Source: Mobula hypostoma (taxonomy: Eukaryota). From it: 64,000 nt of DNA. The notes below the pieces were generated by a model. That model was not told the DNA's origin and made no database searches. It saw only the letters and a list, made by a program, of their open reading frames with translations. Location: positions 71,798,001-71,862,000 of the forward strand of contig NC_086108.1 of the NCBI RefSeq assembly GCF_963921235.1. Reading direction: 5' to 3'. Of this stretch, positions 24,570-37,869 are shown in pieces (position 1 is the stretch's first letter; every line of letters begins with the position of its first letter). The translations under genes and the position numbers were made by a program.

Positions 24570-27500
24570 TCTATTTACCCCCATGTTAAATATACCTAAT
24601 GACTAGCTCCATAATTATCTTATAGCAATGAATTCTATGGATTCACCACCCTCTGGCTAAAGAAATTCCTCTTCATCTTTGTTTTAAAGAGACATCCTTG
24701 TACTCTGAGGCCCACTGGTCCTAGATTCCTCTAATATAGGAAATATCTTCTCCACATCCATTCTATTGAGGCTTTTCAACATTCATTGGCTCCCCCCTCA
24801 TTTTTCTAAACTTTAGTGAGTACATCCCCAGAGCCATCAAACTCTCCTCATACATTAACCCTTTTACACCCAGGATCATTCTCATAAACCTCCTCTGGAC
24901 CCTTTGTTGCCAGCAGATTCTTTCCTTGATATGGGGCCCAGAAACTGTTCAGTACTCCAAATATGTCCTGACCAACACCTTATAAAGCCTAGCATTACAT
25001 CAAGATTTTTGTAATACATTCTAATTCTATTGAAATAATGTTAACATTGCATTTGCCTTCATTACTACCAACTTAACCTACAAGTTAACATTAAGGAATA
25101 CTGCAATAGGTCTCCCAAGTTCCTTTGCATCTCCAGTTTCTGAATTCACTCCTCATTTATCAAATAATCTCTGATTTCATTCAGTCTATTAAAGGGTATG
25201 ACCTTACACTTCCCTGAACTGTATTCCATTAGCTCTTTCTTTGCCTATTCTCCTGATCCCTCCAACTAATTCTACAGACTCCATTTCTTCAACACTACTT
25301 GCCCCTCCACCTATCTTTGCATCATCTACACTCCTCTACCACGAATTCTATCATTCAGATAATTAATATAAACATGAAAAATAATGGAACCAACACTGAC
25401 CCGTGCAGAACACTACTAATCACTGGTAGCCAACCAGTAATTCCACTCTTTTATTCCACTCTTTGGCTGACAAACAAATGGCAATCTTCTGTCCGTGCTA
25501 GTATCTTCTTTGTAAAACCATTATCTTATTTAGCAGCCTCGCGTGTGACACCTCGTTAAAGCCTGCCCGAAAATCCAAGTAAACAATATCCACTGACTCT
25601 CCTCTGTCTATTCTGCCTGTTATTTCTTAAGAATTCTAACAGATTTCTCAGGCAAGATTTTCGCTTAAGGAAGCCGTGTTGACTTCGACCCATTGTTATT
25701 GTTTGCCTGTAAATTCACTGAAAGCTGATCCATAGAAATAGACTCTAACACCTTCGCAACCACAGATGTCAGGTTAACTGGTTTATAATTTCCTGGCTTT
25801 GGCCCACCTCCCTTCTTAAAGAGTGGAATGACATTTGCGATCTTCCCATCACAGAGTCACAGGACACCACAGTACAGAAACAGGCCTTTCAGCTAATTTA
25901 GTCTGGCCTAAAGATGAACTGACCTAGTCCCTTTGACCTGCATGTACCCAGCCCACAGCCCTCTATAACCTGCTTACATTTACCCTATTTATACCCTTCA
26001 ATTTTGTATGCCTCTCTTTATTCCCTAGAGCGCAGGAGAGTGAAGTCCTAACCTAGTCAACCTTTCTCTATAACTCAGGTCTTCAATTGCTGGCAACATC
26101 CTTGTAAACTTTCTCTGCACTCTTATTAATTTCTTTCCTGTAGGTAGGTGACCAGAGCGGCACACAATATTCCAAATTAGGTCTCACCAACATTTTATAC
26201 AACTTCAACAAAACATTTCAATACACAATTCTTTGATTTATGAAGGTCAATATGCTTTTGTTTTTTAAAAAATGACCCTATCTACCTGTGACACCACTTT
26301 CAAGAAATTAAGGGTCTGCATTTCAAGATCCCAGTTTTACTGCTCTCTGCGGTGACCTACAACTCACCATCTAAGTCCTACCTGGTTTCTCCCCCCAAAG
26401 TCCAACACGTCACACTTGGCTTCATTAAATTCCACCTGCTATTTTGGTCTAGATCCTGCTGCAAGCTTTCCTTACTGTCCACTTCACCCATAATCTTGGG
26501 GTCATCTACAAATTTGCTGATCTAGTTTATTACATTAATTTATTTATTGAGATACAGTGCAGAACAGGCCCTTCAAGCTACACCACCCAGCAATCCCCCA
26601 ATTTAATCCAGACCTAATCATGGGACAATTCACAATGACCAATTAATCTATCAATCAGTATGACTTTAGACTGTGGGGGGAAACCCACGTGGCCACAGGG
26701 AGAACTTACAAACTCCTTGCAGGCAGTGATGAGATTATCATCCAGATTGTTGATACAAGTGGCAAATAACTAACTCAGCACTGATCCCTGTGGCACCACT
26801 AGTCATAGGCCTCCAGAGAGGCAACCATCTACCACCACTCTCTGGAGCCTCGTGATGCTAATGTCTAATCCAATTTACTACCTTATCCTGAATGCCAAGT
26901 AACTGAACTTCTTGACCAACCTCTCATGTGGGATCTTGTCAAAGGCCTGGCTATGGTCTACACTGCTTTGCCTTCAACTTTCCTAGTCAAAAGACCACAA
27001 GATCAGTTAGACACGACTTACCGCTCACAAAGCCATGTTGACTATCCCTAATTAGTTCTTGCCAGTCCAAATATTGTTATATTCAGTCCTTTAAAATACC
27101 TTCCAATAACTTACCTACTACAGATGTCACCCTGTTTTATAATCTCCCAGCTTATTTTTAAGAGCCTTTCTTGAACAATGGAACAACATTAGCTGTTCTC
27201 CAATCCTCTGGTACCTAACCCATTGCCAAGTTCAGAACTATTTAGAATCTAGTGATTCTTGAAAGAGCAACTCTCATGCCCCCACAACCTCCCCAGTTAC
27301 CTCCTTCACAATCCTGGGGTGTAGTTCATCTGGTCCTGGTGACTTACCCACCTTTAGACCTCTCAGCCTCCCAAGCACCTTCTCCTTAGTAATAGCAACT
27401 ACACTCACTTCTGCCCCAATTCTCTCGAATTGCTGGCATACTGATGCATAGTACTCATTCAGCCCATCCCACATTTCATATTTCCTCATCATCTCTCCAG

Positions 27501-28800
27501 CATCATTATCCAGAGGTCCAATATCCACTCTTGGTTCTCATATTTCATCTTTCCTCTCCTTACTGCTTAAATTGCCCTCTGTTGTTCCCCCCCCACCCCC
27601 CAAAAAAGTTTCCAAATCCTTTAATATCCCACTGTTTTTTGCTGTACTGTATGTTTTTTTGTTGGCTTTAATTTCCCTCGTCATCCATGGTTACCTCATC
27701 CTTCTTTTAGAATGCTTCTTCGGGATTAACCAATTCTGCGTCTTCCAAATTGTCCCCATAAATTCCAGTTACTGCTGCTCTACCATCATCCCTGCTAGTG
27801 TCCCCTTCCAATCATCAGCTCCTCACAGCTCTAGTTATCTTTGCTCACTGTAATGCATTATTGTATCTGATTTTAGCTTCTCTCCGATTTTAACTCCTAT
27901 TAGGAAGTTTTAACCCTTGCAGTATTTTAACTCTACCCACAAGGCTTCTACATTTTCTGATCCTATATCACTTCTTTTGAAAAAAATTGATTTAATTTAT
28001 TAAACCAATGAATCCACCTCACCCCCTTAGCCTACGTGCCTGTCCCTTTGATACAATGGGCATCCTTGGATGTTAAAGTCCCAGCTGTGATCTTCTTTCA
28101 GCCATAACTCTGATGCCTGTGATGTCATACCTGCCGATTTCTAACTGCATTACAAGATCACCTACCTTATTTTATGTACTGCCTGCATTCAAAAATTACA
28201 CCTTCAGCCCTGCATTTATCATCCTTTTCAATTATGTCTCCATGTTGCCTGGTTAAATTCTTATCCTTTTCTATTTTTTTTTTGTCTTTATTCTGGAGAT
28301 TTCCATAACCTCTTCTGCAACCTCCCTCCCCTTTACTTTATTCATAATTTTCCAAGCTGTTGAACCCCCCCCCCCCACTATTTAATGTAAGGCCCTATCC
28401 GTAGCCCTAGAAAACCAGGATCCTGGTATCAGCAGAGTTCAGGTGGAGCCTGTCTCATCTGTATAGCTCTCTCCTTCCCCAATACAGGTGCCAATGCCCC
28501 ATAAATTTAACTCTATTCTTATTAAGCCAATTTGCATGTTGTTCAGGTAACAATCTAGAGATCGTTACATATTTGGTCCTGTGTTTTACTTTAGTTCCTA
28601 GCTGCTCAAACTACCTCAGCAGAACATCTTTCCTTGCTCTTCCTATGCTGTTGGCACCCACATGGATCACAAAAACTGGATCTTTCCCCTCCACTCCAAA
28701 CTCCTTTGCAAGTGAGATATAATACTCCTAATCCTGGCAGCAGACAGCAAAATGGCCATTGGGATCCTTGTGACAGATGCATCAATTTATAGTCCCAATG
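24570..28800 (-). mobile_element. Decayed CR1 LINE(s) in the first coding intron of TSPAN1, with a nested CR1 (about 25850-27235) and a V-SINE-like piece (about 26535-26730)
   Basis: Reverse-strand CR1 3' end at about 24570-24700, KSPGPDELHPR at 27274..27528, APE remnants at about 27900-28200 and ORF1-like remnants at about 28400-28800. Confidence 0.8.
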
Positions 28801-29748
28801 CAAATTACATTTCTCTTCTCTTAACCCTTCCCCCCACCCCTCCCCACTGCATGGCTCCCTGAACTACAGTCTGGTTGTTCATCCTTCCGAGAGCCCATCA
28901 CACTCAGCCTCACAGGGAGCAACAATCTCAGACCTGCTGGGCAAGCTCAAGGGCGGAGGATCTTATAGCACTACCACTTAGGTTCCACTACCCGCCTCAC
29001 TCGCAGTCATACACGCTTGCCGCTCACCAAGACCTAAAAACTGAATCAATGCCAAACTCAGTAGAAAGTCCTGACAGGTCCCCTTGCTCTTATGGCTTAA
29101 TTTGGATGATTAAGACCATAGATATCCAATTTAAACCTCTCTGTTTCACCCTGACCTTAGATCCAAAACCCTCACTATTATTTTAGCTACTCTTAAGCAA
29201 ACACTTCTACCCTTCAACCTATTCATCTAGCACTGCTGTTCATGTTCTAATTTGAAAACCCTGATGACCATCATGTTTGATTGATACTAGTTCCTGACCA
29301 AGCAGTATTTGCATCCTAATTTGCACTTACTTTTTAGTTCATTGTACCATATCTACGATCTGCCATTTCTCTTCCCTCAAATGTATAAAAAACAAGGGCC
29401 ATGCTTTTTCTCTGAAATTCTTTCCATAATCTGTTTCCATGTTCTATGAGCTCATGTCATCTTTGATGCCTGGCTTTAAAAACAAATCTACTGTAAAGAT
29501 ACCTAGCATGACTTGCTTTTTAACATGATCATCAAAAATTGGTAATGAGTTGATATGTCTGGAGACATTCTGCTATATTAGGTTGCTACTAAAAGTTGCT
29601 AAAAATTTGTATACAAAATAGCCTCTTAGTTACATCATTACTAAAGAAAAATCTACAAAGCAGGGTTTCAAAATACCCAGGCTGAGACATTTACCAAGTG
29701 TCCATGTATATAATCACTGTATAGCAGCTACGGAACAAGCATACTCAC

Positions 29749-29805
29749 AAAGATGAAGAGGTTGAAGAGGATCATCATAACCTTCACAAATGTAAAGCAC
29801 CCCAT
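29749..29805 (-). CDS. TSPAN1: Tetraspanin-1 coding exon 1 (MGCFTFVKVMMILFNLFIF); the exon starts at 29818 with 13 nt of 5'UTR
   Basis: ATG at 29805-29803. Acceptor gctgttttgtag ends at 29819; donor TTT|gtgagt follows 29749. 57 nt. Closely matches the TSPAN1 N-terminus/TM1 (human MQCFSFIKTMMILFNLLIF, from recall). Confidence 0.95.
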
Positions 29806-30384
29806 TTTTACTCGAGATCTACAAAACAGCAAATAATCAGTATTAAAATTGGCATTTGTGAAACGCCTTCTAATGAAGTCAATAATGAAAGTTCTGGTTG
29901 GCTAATACTTTGCAAGCTACATTATAGCTGTTGATGAAAGAAATTTAATATCTCAAAAGGTACTTCTTGATTTATTGAAGATTCAAGGTTTATCTACTCT
30001 TATCCCAGCTGTCTCCATAAAACAGAATGCCACTGTTCAGCATTGCTTTCAGTGTTTATACATGATTTTGGTGATAAGAATGTTCAGTTAAAAACATACA
30101 CTCTGGACCTACTCAACTATTTCAAGCTTCATTCCATGGAAAGATGATAAATGTCATTCATTCTAAGTGAAAAGGCATAGCCCAACTCAATTCCCAAATT
30201 GCCTCTGATTTCAGTGTTATAGGCATAGTTATGATTTGGAAGCTTCATGAAGCTTAACATCTGCAAACAAATTTCTAGACTCAAGACAAGATGCTTCCTG
30301 ATCACCAGGTACGTATTGTTTAGTGTATTCTTTCAGTTTATCTTTTGATACAATTGCTCCCTGACAAGTCCACCTTTTAAATAA

Positions 30385-30930
30385 TATAAAACAGACGAGT
30401 AGGCAAACATTTGCCCCTTTGAACCTGCTCCATCATTCATCAAGATCATGGTCGATTGTTTGTCTCAGCGTCATTCAGCACCATCTCCATAACCCCCAGT
30501 TCACTCAATTATCTGAATACATTGAATTAATTTGATGAACAAGCCTCCACAATTCTCATGAGGAGATAATTCCACAGGTTCACCATCCTTTAAGTGAAGA
30601 AAATTTCAGTCTTAAACAGCTTGCATCTTATTCTTAATCTATTCTCGTTCATTATTCATACAGGAGGAATGTTTTTCCAGCATCTTTGCTAAGCTCCAAA
30701 AGGTACTTCTTTAGATTTTGAGGTAATCTTTCATTCTTGCAAACTCAAGAAGACAGACTTATTCAATTATTCTCTCCAGAAAAAATCTGCCATCTCTAGT
30801 GAGTCCCTTTGTAGCCCTTTGGATAAGGACAGCACAAGTGTACATGAAGCTCTGGGCATTCTCTAAGCCTTATATAATTGCAGCACTTAAATCTTCTCAG
30901 AAGGACAATATATCATTTAATCATTTGCAG
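30385..30930 (-). mobile_element. Old, degenerate CR1 3' fragment
   Basis: tttgaacctgctccatcattca...ttccacaggttcaccatcct matches CR1 3' ends elsewhere in the window. Confidence 0.55.
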
Positions 30931-31518
30931 CACTTGTATGATAGGCCTTCACTTATATTTTTTTGTTCAAGCATATCGTAACATATCATCCATTCTCACT
31001 TCTTCCTCAATCAAATTGAAGATATAATTTGTGTAGTTACTTCCTCTATCCTAGCAACATCTGACTAGTCACACCCTGCCAAAGATTCTTCTCTTTTATA
31101 ATGCATTGTCCAATACCAAATTCTCAATCCAGTTCCATGTATTCAGTTTTTATAATGTGGATGTCCTTAATAAAGTTTTTCTCCTTTAGGTGCACCTGTT
31201 GCAGGGCATAGCTTTAAAAGGGCTGGAGATTTACAGAAAGATTTTCCACCCCAAGTGATTGAAATTTGTACTATGTCACAAATCCACACCAACTCTGCTC
31301 AATACCATTATTCTGTAAATGGTATTAAAGTAGATTTCTGCAGTGTCCTTATTACCAAGGTTTTGTCCAGTTTTTCCTCTTTCACTAAATTGCATGAAAG
31401 TAGATCAAGTTTCTTAACAAGCAGGTAAAACTATTTTTGCTAAGTGACTTGTTTGGCAGAACAATAACCTTGAAGCTGGCAATCAATGCAATAAATGTTG
31501 AGTGGACTTGAAACACCC

Positions 31519-32317
31519 CAGTGGATTCTGGTTAATTGGGACGTATCATTACCAGTATATTTTGACCCAATCAAGAGGCACCTGAATTATTTGAAGTTTC
31601 ATAGAAATAGTTAAAAAGGGTTAAAAAGACAAACTACTTAACTGAGTAACATTATGTAAATGAAAAATGCAGAACAAATTAGAACACTATCAATCCTACT
31701 ACAGTATTATAATACTGTTTTACTTCCTCATAGTTGTTGGAGGAATTTATCCAGTGTTCGTGCTCTTTTGATTGACTGTAAATGAACAGAATCAGCACAG
31801 ACAGCTAGTGCAAATAATGGACTGCCTTCATACAATGCTCTCAAAGATTGCACCTGCAAATCTTCATTTTCATTGTTACAATCAAGATGATTGTTGATAC
31901 CTTCGAATCCTTAGTGATTCTTAACTTGAAGTAGTTTTATTTTCACACCCAGCTGTTTCTGGCATCGCAAGGCCTGATTGCTTGAAATTGCAGTGAGCAG
32001 AACAGTTCTGAATTGTCTTTCCTGTCAACTATCAGTGACAAAAAACCACTGCTTTTTGAATATATGCATGCAACTGAGGCTATTTATAAACTATTTGTTC
32101 TAAGCTTGGTTCACTGGCTAACAGTCACCCAAGTGCATGTGACTGAGGCTGGTTAAAAACTGGTTGCAACAGTCTCCTGTCCCAATTAAATGGTATAGTA
32201 TTCCAAATTAATGAATGGTATTCCAGCTATTTTCTTGATTAGTTTTTGTTCTTTAAGAGTTGTCCTAATAAGTAGCTGCCCTGATTAACCGAGGGCCCAA
32301 TTAACTGGAATCCACTG
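31519..32317. mobile_element. Non-autonomous pogo/Tigger-like DNA transposon (799 bp)
   Basis: TIRs CAGTGGATTCTGGTTAATTGGG and CCCAATTAACTGGAATCCACTG match at 20 of 22 positions. TA follows the right end; the left TA is not preserved. Confidence 0.8.
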
Positions 32318-32439
32318 TATCTTGTTTCCACTTTTAGCCTTTTGGCTTATGTTTGACCGCTGGCAGTATTAAAAAGGCAATAACAATGTTTGACCTGTTG
32401 AAGGACTAAAGGTAGGCAATCAGGTTGCTCTGGCCACAG

Positions 32440-34720
32440 GCAAGGCTGCCAAACAACTGAAGGAATAAAATGGACCATATTTGGCTTTCAAGGTGGAATA
32501 ATTTAAGTCCAACATTAGTGACAGTGAAATTGTTGAGTCAGAAAAAAAAAATCAGTCTTTAAGTACAGATTAATCAGGGGTAGTCAGCAAGACTTAAGGG
32601 GAGATCTTGACTAATTTCAAAGAATTTTTTTGAGGCAACTATGTATTAATGGGGAATACGGCTGTGGATATTTACACAGACGTCAGCAAAGCCTTAGCAA
32701 CATCCGCTCGGGACACTGGCTCAAAAGGGAGAGCCTGTGGAATATGGTACAATACAGCAAATTGGCTTGTGACAGGAGGCAGAGAGCGATGAGTGAGGGT
32801 TGTTTTTGTGACTGGAAACCTATGACTATTAATGCAAGCATGGGAATTGGTCCTAGGACTCTGCATATCACACACTAAATACGTGGATTGCCTCTGTAGG
32901 AGCTACACGTTTACAGATATCATGTAAGCATTGTTTATGAAATCACAGGTAATCTGGCTAAAGCACAGTGTTGATCAGATGCTAAGGTGGGCAGATAGAG
33001 TCAAAACAACACGGTACAGGTACAGCTGCTTCAGTCCTTCTGTCCATGCTGATGACAATGCCCACCCAGCTAGCGTCAATTTCCTCTGTCAGCCCACATC
33101 CCTCCAAACCCTACTCCTCCATTTAACTATCAGTGCCTCTTAAATGACACTATTGTACCTGTCTCAGCCACTTCCTCTGGGAGCTCGTTCCATTTACTCA
33201 TCATCTTCTGCATGATAAAATTATACCCCACCCCCCGACCCTTTTAAATCACTCCCCACCCTAAACCTGTACTTCCTGCGTCTGGTGTTCTCTGCCTCGT
33301 AGAGGAGACTTACCACCCATCTTACCTATGCCCCTTAATACTTAATATTAAGTATTTCTACCAGTTTTATAAAATTCTCATATTCCGAGAAGGAAAGACC
33401 TAGCCAAGCCAACCTCTCCCAATAACTCAGGCCTTCTATTCCAGATAACATCCTCAAATCTTGTCTTCACTCTTTCCAGTTTAACCCTTTTCTTTCCGAT
33501 AACAAGGTGACCAAGACTCTACACAGTTCTCTTAAGTGCAGCTTCACCAATAACTCTACAACTGCAACATAATGTTGCAGCTCCTCTAACTCAGTGTCCT
33601 GACCGATGAAGGCCAGCATGCCAAAAAAAGAAAACTTTTTCAACCTCCCTGTCTGTGACACTACTTTCAACAAATTAGACACTTTTACTCCAAGTTTGCT
33701 CTGTTCTGTTGTATCCCTATGCTGGATTGACTTTGCAAAATGCAACACCTCACACTTATCTGTGTTGACATCCATTTTGCCTCCACACTGCCCACAGCCC
33801 CAGCTGATCTCAATCCCCCTCCAATCTACAATAACTTTCACTCTCAATCATCTGATTTTGTGTCATCTGTAAACTTACTGCTCCGGCCTTCCCACACTTG
33901 CATCCAAACCATTTATATTATTAAAAAAGTGTCCCAACACTGACCCCTGCAGCACATAATTTGGGAGGGGCCTCCAATTCCAGAAGCAACCTTCAACCAT
34001 CACTCTGAGGAAATTTCAAATCTACCCAACCAGCTCTCCCTGGGTTCCATGGGACTAGATGGAACATAATCTTGAAGAAAACGTAAAGCAATGCATTTCA
34101 GGAGTGCTGCTTGGGCCAGCCAGTGGTGTAGTTGTGTCAGCACTGGACTTCGAGGTGGATGGTCCCGAGTTCGAATCCAGCCAGGTCCCAACCCAAGTAG
34201 CAGCAGTAGTTACATGGAAGGAGGCCTACCAATCTACTTCCGTATCTTGCCACGAAAACCCTGTGGACAACTACACTATCCACAAGTCGACGATGACTCA
34301 ATGGTACTTAACAACAATATGGGGTAGGATATACATAATGAATGGTAGATCCTTAGGAAGTACTGAGGAACTTTGGTGTACATGTCCCGGAATCTCTGAT
34401 GGCAAACATGCAGGAGAAATTGCTATGATGTTAGAGCATTTCAGATACTTTAAGGCTGGATAGGCTTGGCTTGTTTTCCTTGCAGGAAGAATATCTCGAG
34501 GGATGCTGATAGAAGCTTATAAAGTTATAAGGGCAAAGAGGGTAGATAGCAAGAAGGTTATGTAACTAGAGGCAAGAGTTGGTGATTTAGAGGGGAATTG
34601 AAGAAGAAATTTCATCCAAAGAATGGTTGAAATCTGGAACAAAGCCCAAGGGGTTGATAGAGGGGAGAAAATAAATGCAATAACATCGAAAGCTACAGGT
34701 CTGGTGCTGGAAAAAAAGAG
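32440..34720. mobile_element. Degenerate + strand CR1 with a nested - strand CR1 (about 33000-34050) and a SINE
   Basis: RT remnants on both strands (DKCEVLHFAKS in 33467..33847; + strand remnants at 32440-33000 and 34320-34720). Confidence 0.65.
34114..34318 (+). mobile_element. tRNA-derived SINE with RTE-like 3' tail
   Basis: A box TGGTGTAGTTG, B box GAGTTCGAATCC. The tail ...gaaaaccctgtggac...agtcgacgatgactcaatggtacttaacaacaa ends in (AAC)n. Confidence 0.75.
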
Positions 34721-35884
34721 GAAGTGTGGAGATGGATACTGCATGGCCAGCTGGATACTGGACAGGAGGTGTTGTTCTCACATTGGGACTCAGTAACTAG
34801 TGTTTTTGCCAAACATCCTGATGAGTCACAAGGGCTAACATGGACATTAACCAGGTACTAATTAGAGGGGGAGGGAAGTTCTAGCTGAAAGCCTTGCTCT
34901 GTTGGTTAGCAACCTGTTGCGCTCTAGCAAGCCACCACATCAGCACAGAATTGGAAAGAATGAAGGATTTATTTTCATCTGGTGGAATGGGCCACTAGAT
35001 ACATTTCATTTTAAACACCAAAACTGAAAAAAAAACTATGTTGGAAATCTGAAAACGAAACCCAACAGATTCGGTAGTATGTTGAAAGAACAGCTGAAGG
35101 ACCCATCCTCAGAGCTTCAAGGAAGAACGATTAGTTTAAAACGCTTGAACATGCCAAATAAGAACTTGCCCCTCCCATCCACATACGCTACTTAATTGAA
35201 TCCTGGACAGAAAATTCGGGCGAAGAAAGCCATTTGAAAGAAGAGTCAGAACTAAAGCTTCCCCAAAATTGGAAGCAACAGCTAGCTAATTTTTAAATAT
35301 TTTTAATTACTTAGCTAACTTTTAAATACTTATTTCTAACGTGTATAGATCCACTTCGTGGTAGGTTATGGTTCGGAACAAGGCAGTTGTTTCCAAAGGA
35401 ACACTGATCCGTTGACAACAACTCACCCACTTCAGTTTTTAAAAGGCAACCCGATTTCACCTAAACTAGTAACACGCTGGTCAATTTTCTTTTATATAGA
35501 TATAGATAGTTTACGACTGATGTAGTAAATGTTCTCTCATAAAGAAAACAACAAAAAAAAAATCAAACCGCGACCCATGAAGAGATGAAAAATAGTTGAA
35601 GGGAAAAACGTCAGGCAAGATTAAATACGAGGAGATTTTTAAAAATAATCAGCAAGGACAAAGTGGTCCATCAATTTACACTTGATTTGACGGTGTTTTA
35701 ACGGATCGCCCAAACATTTACATCTAAACTACAGGTACTTTCAATTCGAATTTGAATAAAAAGATCACGAGTGATTGTATCAGGTATCATGCAAGTTGAA
35801 AAGTCAGAAAGTTATATTTCACGTAAAATTATGAAAAAATATTTTCGCGTATTTGAAGATTAAATTCAGGTATATGAACCGTAC

Positions 35885-36345
35885 CTTTTAATCGTAAAAG
35901 TAAGTTCTCTGGCGCCTTAACACGGATGTTGCTGTTATTCCACTTTTTTAAACGAGGAAATAAACCAGTGGTCGCACCTGGACGAATGCTTTACCTGTTG
36001 CTCGACAGGAGGTTTTAAGGAGGGATTTTTCGGGCTCTGGTTTTAACTGACGTCGTGCTTAACCAATTAGGTAAGGAAGTTGGCTAGAGTTGATTTCGTG
36101 ACTTTGTTACAGACTGAGCCTGATGAGATGATGTTTGCGCCCTCATGTGAACGTGTGGCCAGAGACATTTTATCAATACCTCCCATAAAAAGAATTGACG
36201 TCGCATCCTTTGTACAAGTCACGGAAAAGTATTTAAATATAGAATCCATTTATTCGTCATAATGAACCTTGCAAGCACTGCAGAATTCGTTAGGCTCAGG
36301 CAACATTTTAATCGCTTTACTCATTTAAGTACAGGTGTCAGGTGA
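35885..36345 (-). promoter_or_regulatory. TSPAN1: Putative TSPAN1 promoter and non-coding first exon (about 35985 to 35885)
   Basis: Non-repetitive, locally CpG-retaining island. Donor AAG|gtacgg at 35885/35884; TATA-like TTAAAA at 36018-36013; CRE-like TGACGTC at 36048-36054; CCAAT at 36063-36067; ETS AGGAAGT at 36074-36080. No upstream ATG in the candidate exon. Coding exon 1 has a splice acceptor, so an upstream exon is required. Confidence 0.55.
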
Positions 36346-36399
36346 AGTTACATTCCTAACCGCAATTACTGAGTCTCAGGAAGCCCCTGATCAAATACA

Positions 36400-37070
36400 T
36401 AGCCCTCTCAAGTAGTTGTCATGCAGCCAATTTACAAGATTAACGGCGGAGTTCTTCCGAAAACTTCTGAGTGTGCCTTCTCCTTGATTGTGGTAACGAG
36501 AAGAAGGCAAGTCCCGGATGGCGAGGGCCCTTAACAGCAAATGCTCCTACTTGAGGCACTGCCTTTTGAAGATGTCCTCGATAGTGGGAAGACTTCAGCC
36601 AGTGATGGAGCTGGCTTATCTACAATCCCCTGAAGCCACGTTCAATCCTGTGTATTAGGGCTTCCGTACCGGGCGGCGATGCAAACACTCAGAATGCTCT
36701 CCGCTGTACATCCGTAGATATTTGCTGGAATCTTTGCCAACGTACCAAATCTCCTCGAATTCCTAATGAAGTACAGCTGCTGGTGGGCATTCTTTGTGAC
36801 TGCGTCAATATGTTGGGCCCGGGATAGATCTTCAGAGATGTCGACACCCAGGAGATTGAAGCTGCTTCCCCTTTCCACTGCCGGATAAAGGCTGGTATGC
36901 GTTCTCTCTCCTGAAGTCCGCTATCCCGAGGTTTTACTGACGTTGAGTGCAAGGTTGTTGTTGCCCACCTCTCAACCAGCCAATCTATCCTCCTCCCAAC
37001 TGCCCGCTCAACGCCATCTGATATTCTGCCCGCAATACTGGCATCACCAGTAAGTTTATACTACCAAAGG
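36400..37070 (-). mobile_element. Rex1/Babar-like LINE 3' fragment
   Basis: ORF 36642..36878 reads LGVDISEDLS...AHQQLYFIR...ESILSVCIAARYG. Confidence 0.75.
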
Positions 37071-37869
37071 GGTCATGTGGTCTCACACAGGATGATTGGA
37101 TCAGAGAAAACTTATTGCAGAGAAATAGGTCATTCGTTCGGTTGTGTCCGTGGCAGTTGCTAAGGATCCACCTATCTAATCCCATCTTCACCACGTAGGT
37201 CACCCTTAAAAAAAAAGCATTTTAATTGTGATGGCTATTTCTGTCTTTACTAGTTTTTCAGCCAGATTTTATTTCCCTCTGGGTGACAGTCTACACTCTC
37301 TCCTATTATATAATGCATTTTACAATTTATGGGCACTAATGTTTGACTCCTTTGCTAAAGGAGTTCCTAGATACACTGGGACAGTTCCTTTACACCATCA
37401 CACATGTCTGCCTTAGAAAAGCTGAAGACACAAGTCCATTGTTTATCATAATATCCGTCGTTGTTCATCCTGGAGCTTTTGAAGACTCTCTGGGTGTAGG
37501 TATGAGTCACTTCATGCATTCAGGACCCAATCCCCTGAGACATTGCCATAATAACACTTTCAATATAGAATTGTTTCCAGAATGGAATGAGGTTCAAAAG
37601 TCTGGAGAATACTGATATTTTTAGTGTCATAACCTGAAGATGTTTGGGAAAACTGCATTTGGCTGTGGAACTTTCCAGTCAGATCCTGGAGTGAAACAGA
37701 GATTCTCTTTAAAAGAAAGGAAAGCAGTAAGTGAGTGTAATGTTCTCCAAGATCGTTTCATGGTAATTCCTTCCATTAAGTTAATTTCAAAGTTCAAAAT
37801 AAAATTATTATTATTTAAGTACATATAAGACCATAAGACACAGGAGTAAACTTTGGCCATTCAGTCTAC

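Noticed and set aside
34114..34190. tRNA gene
   Set aside because: It has A and B boxes but no convincing cloverleaf, and it continues into a SINE body and tail.
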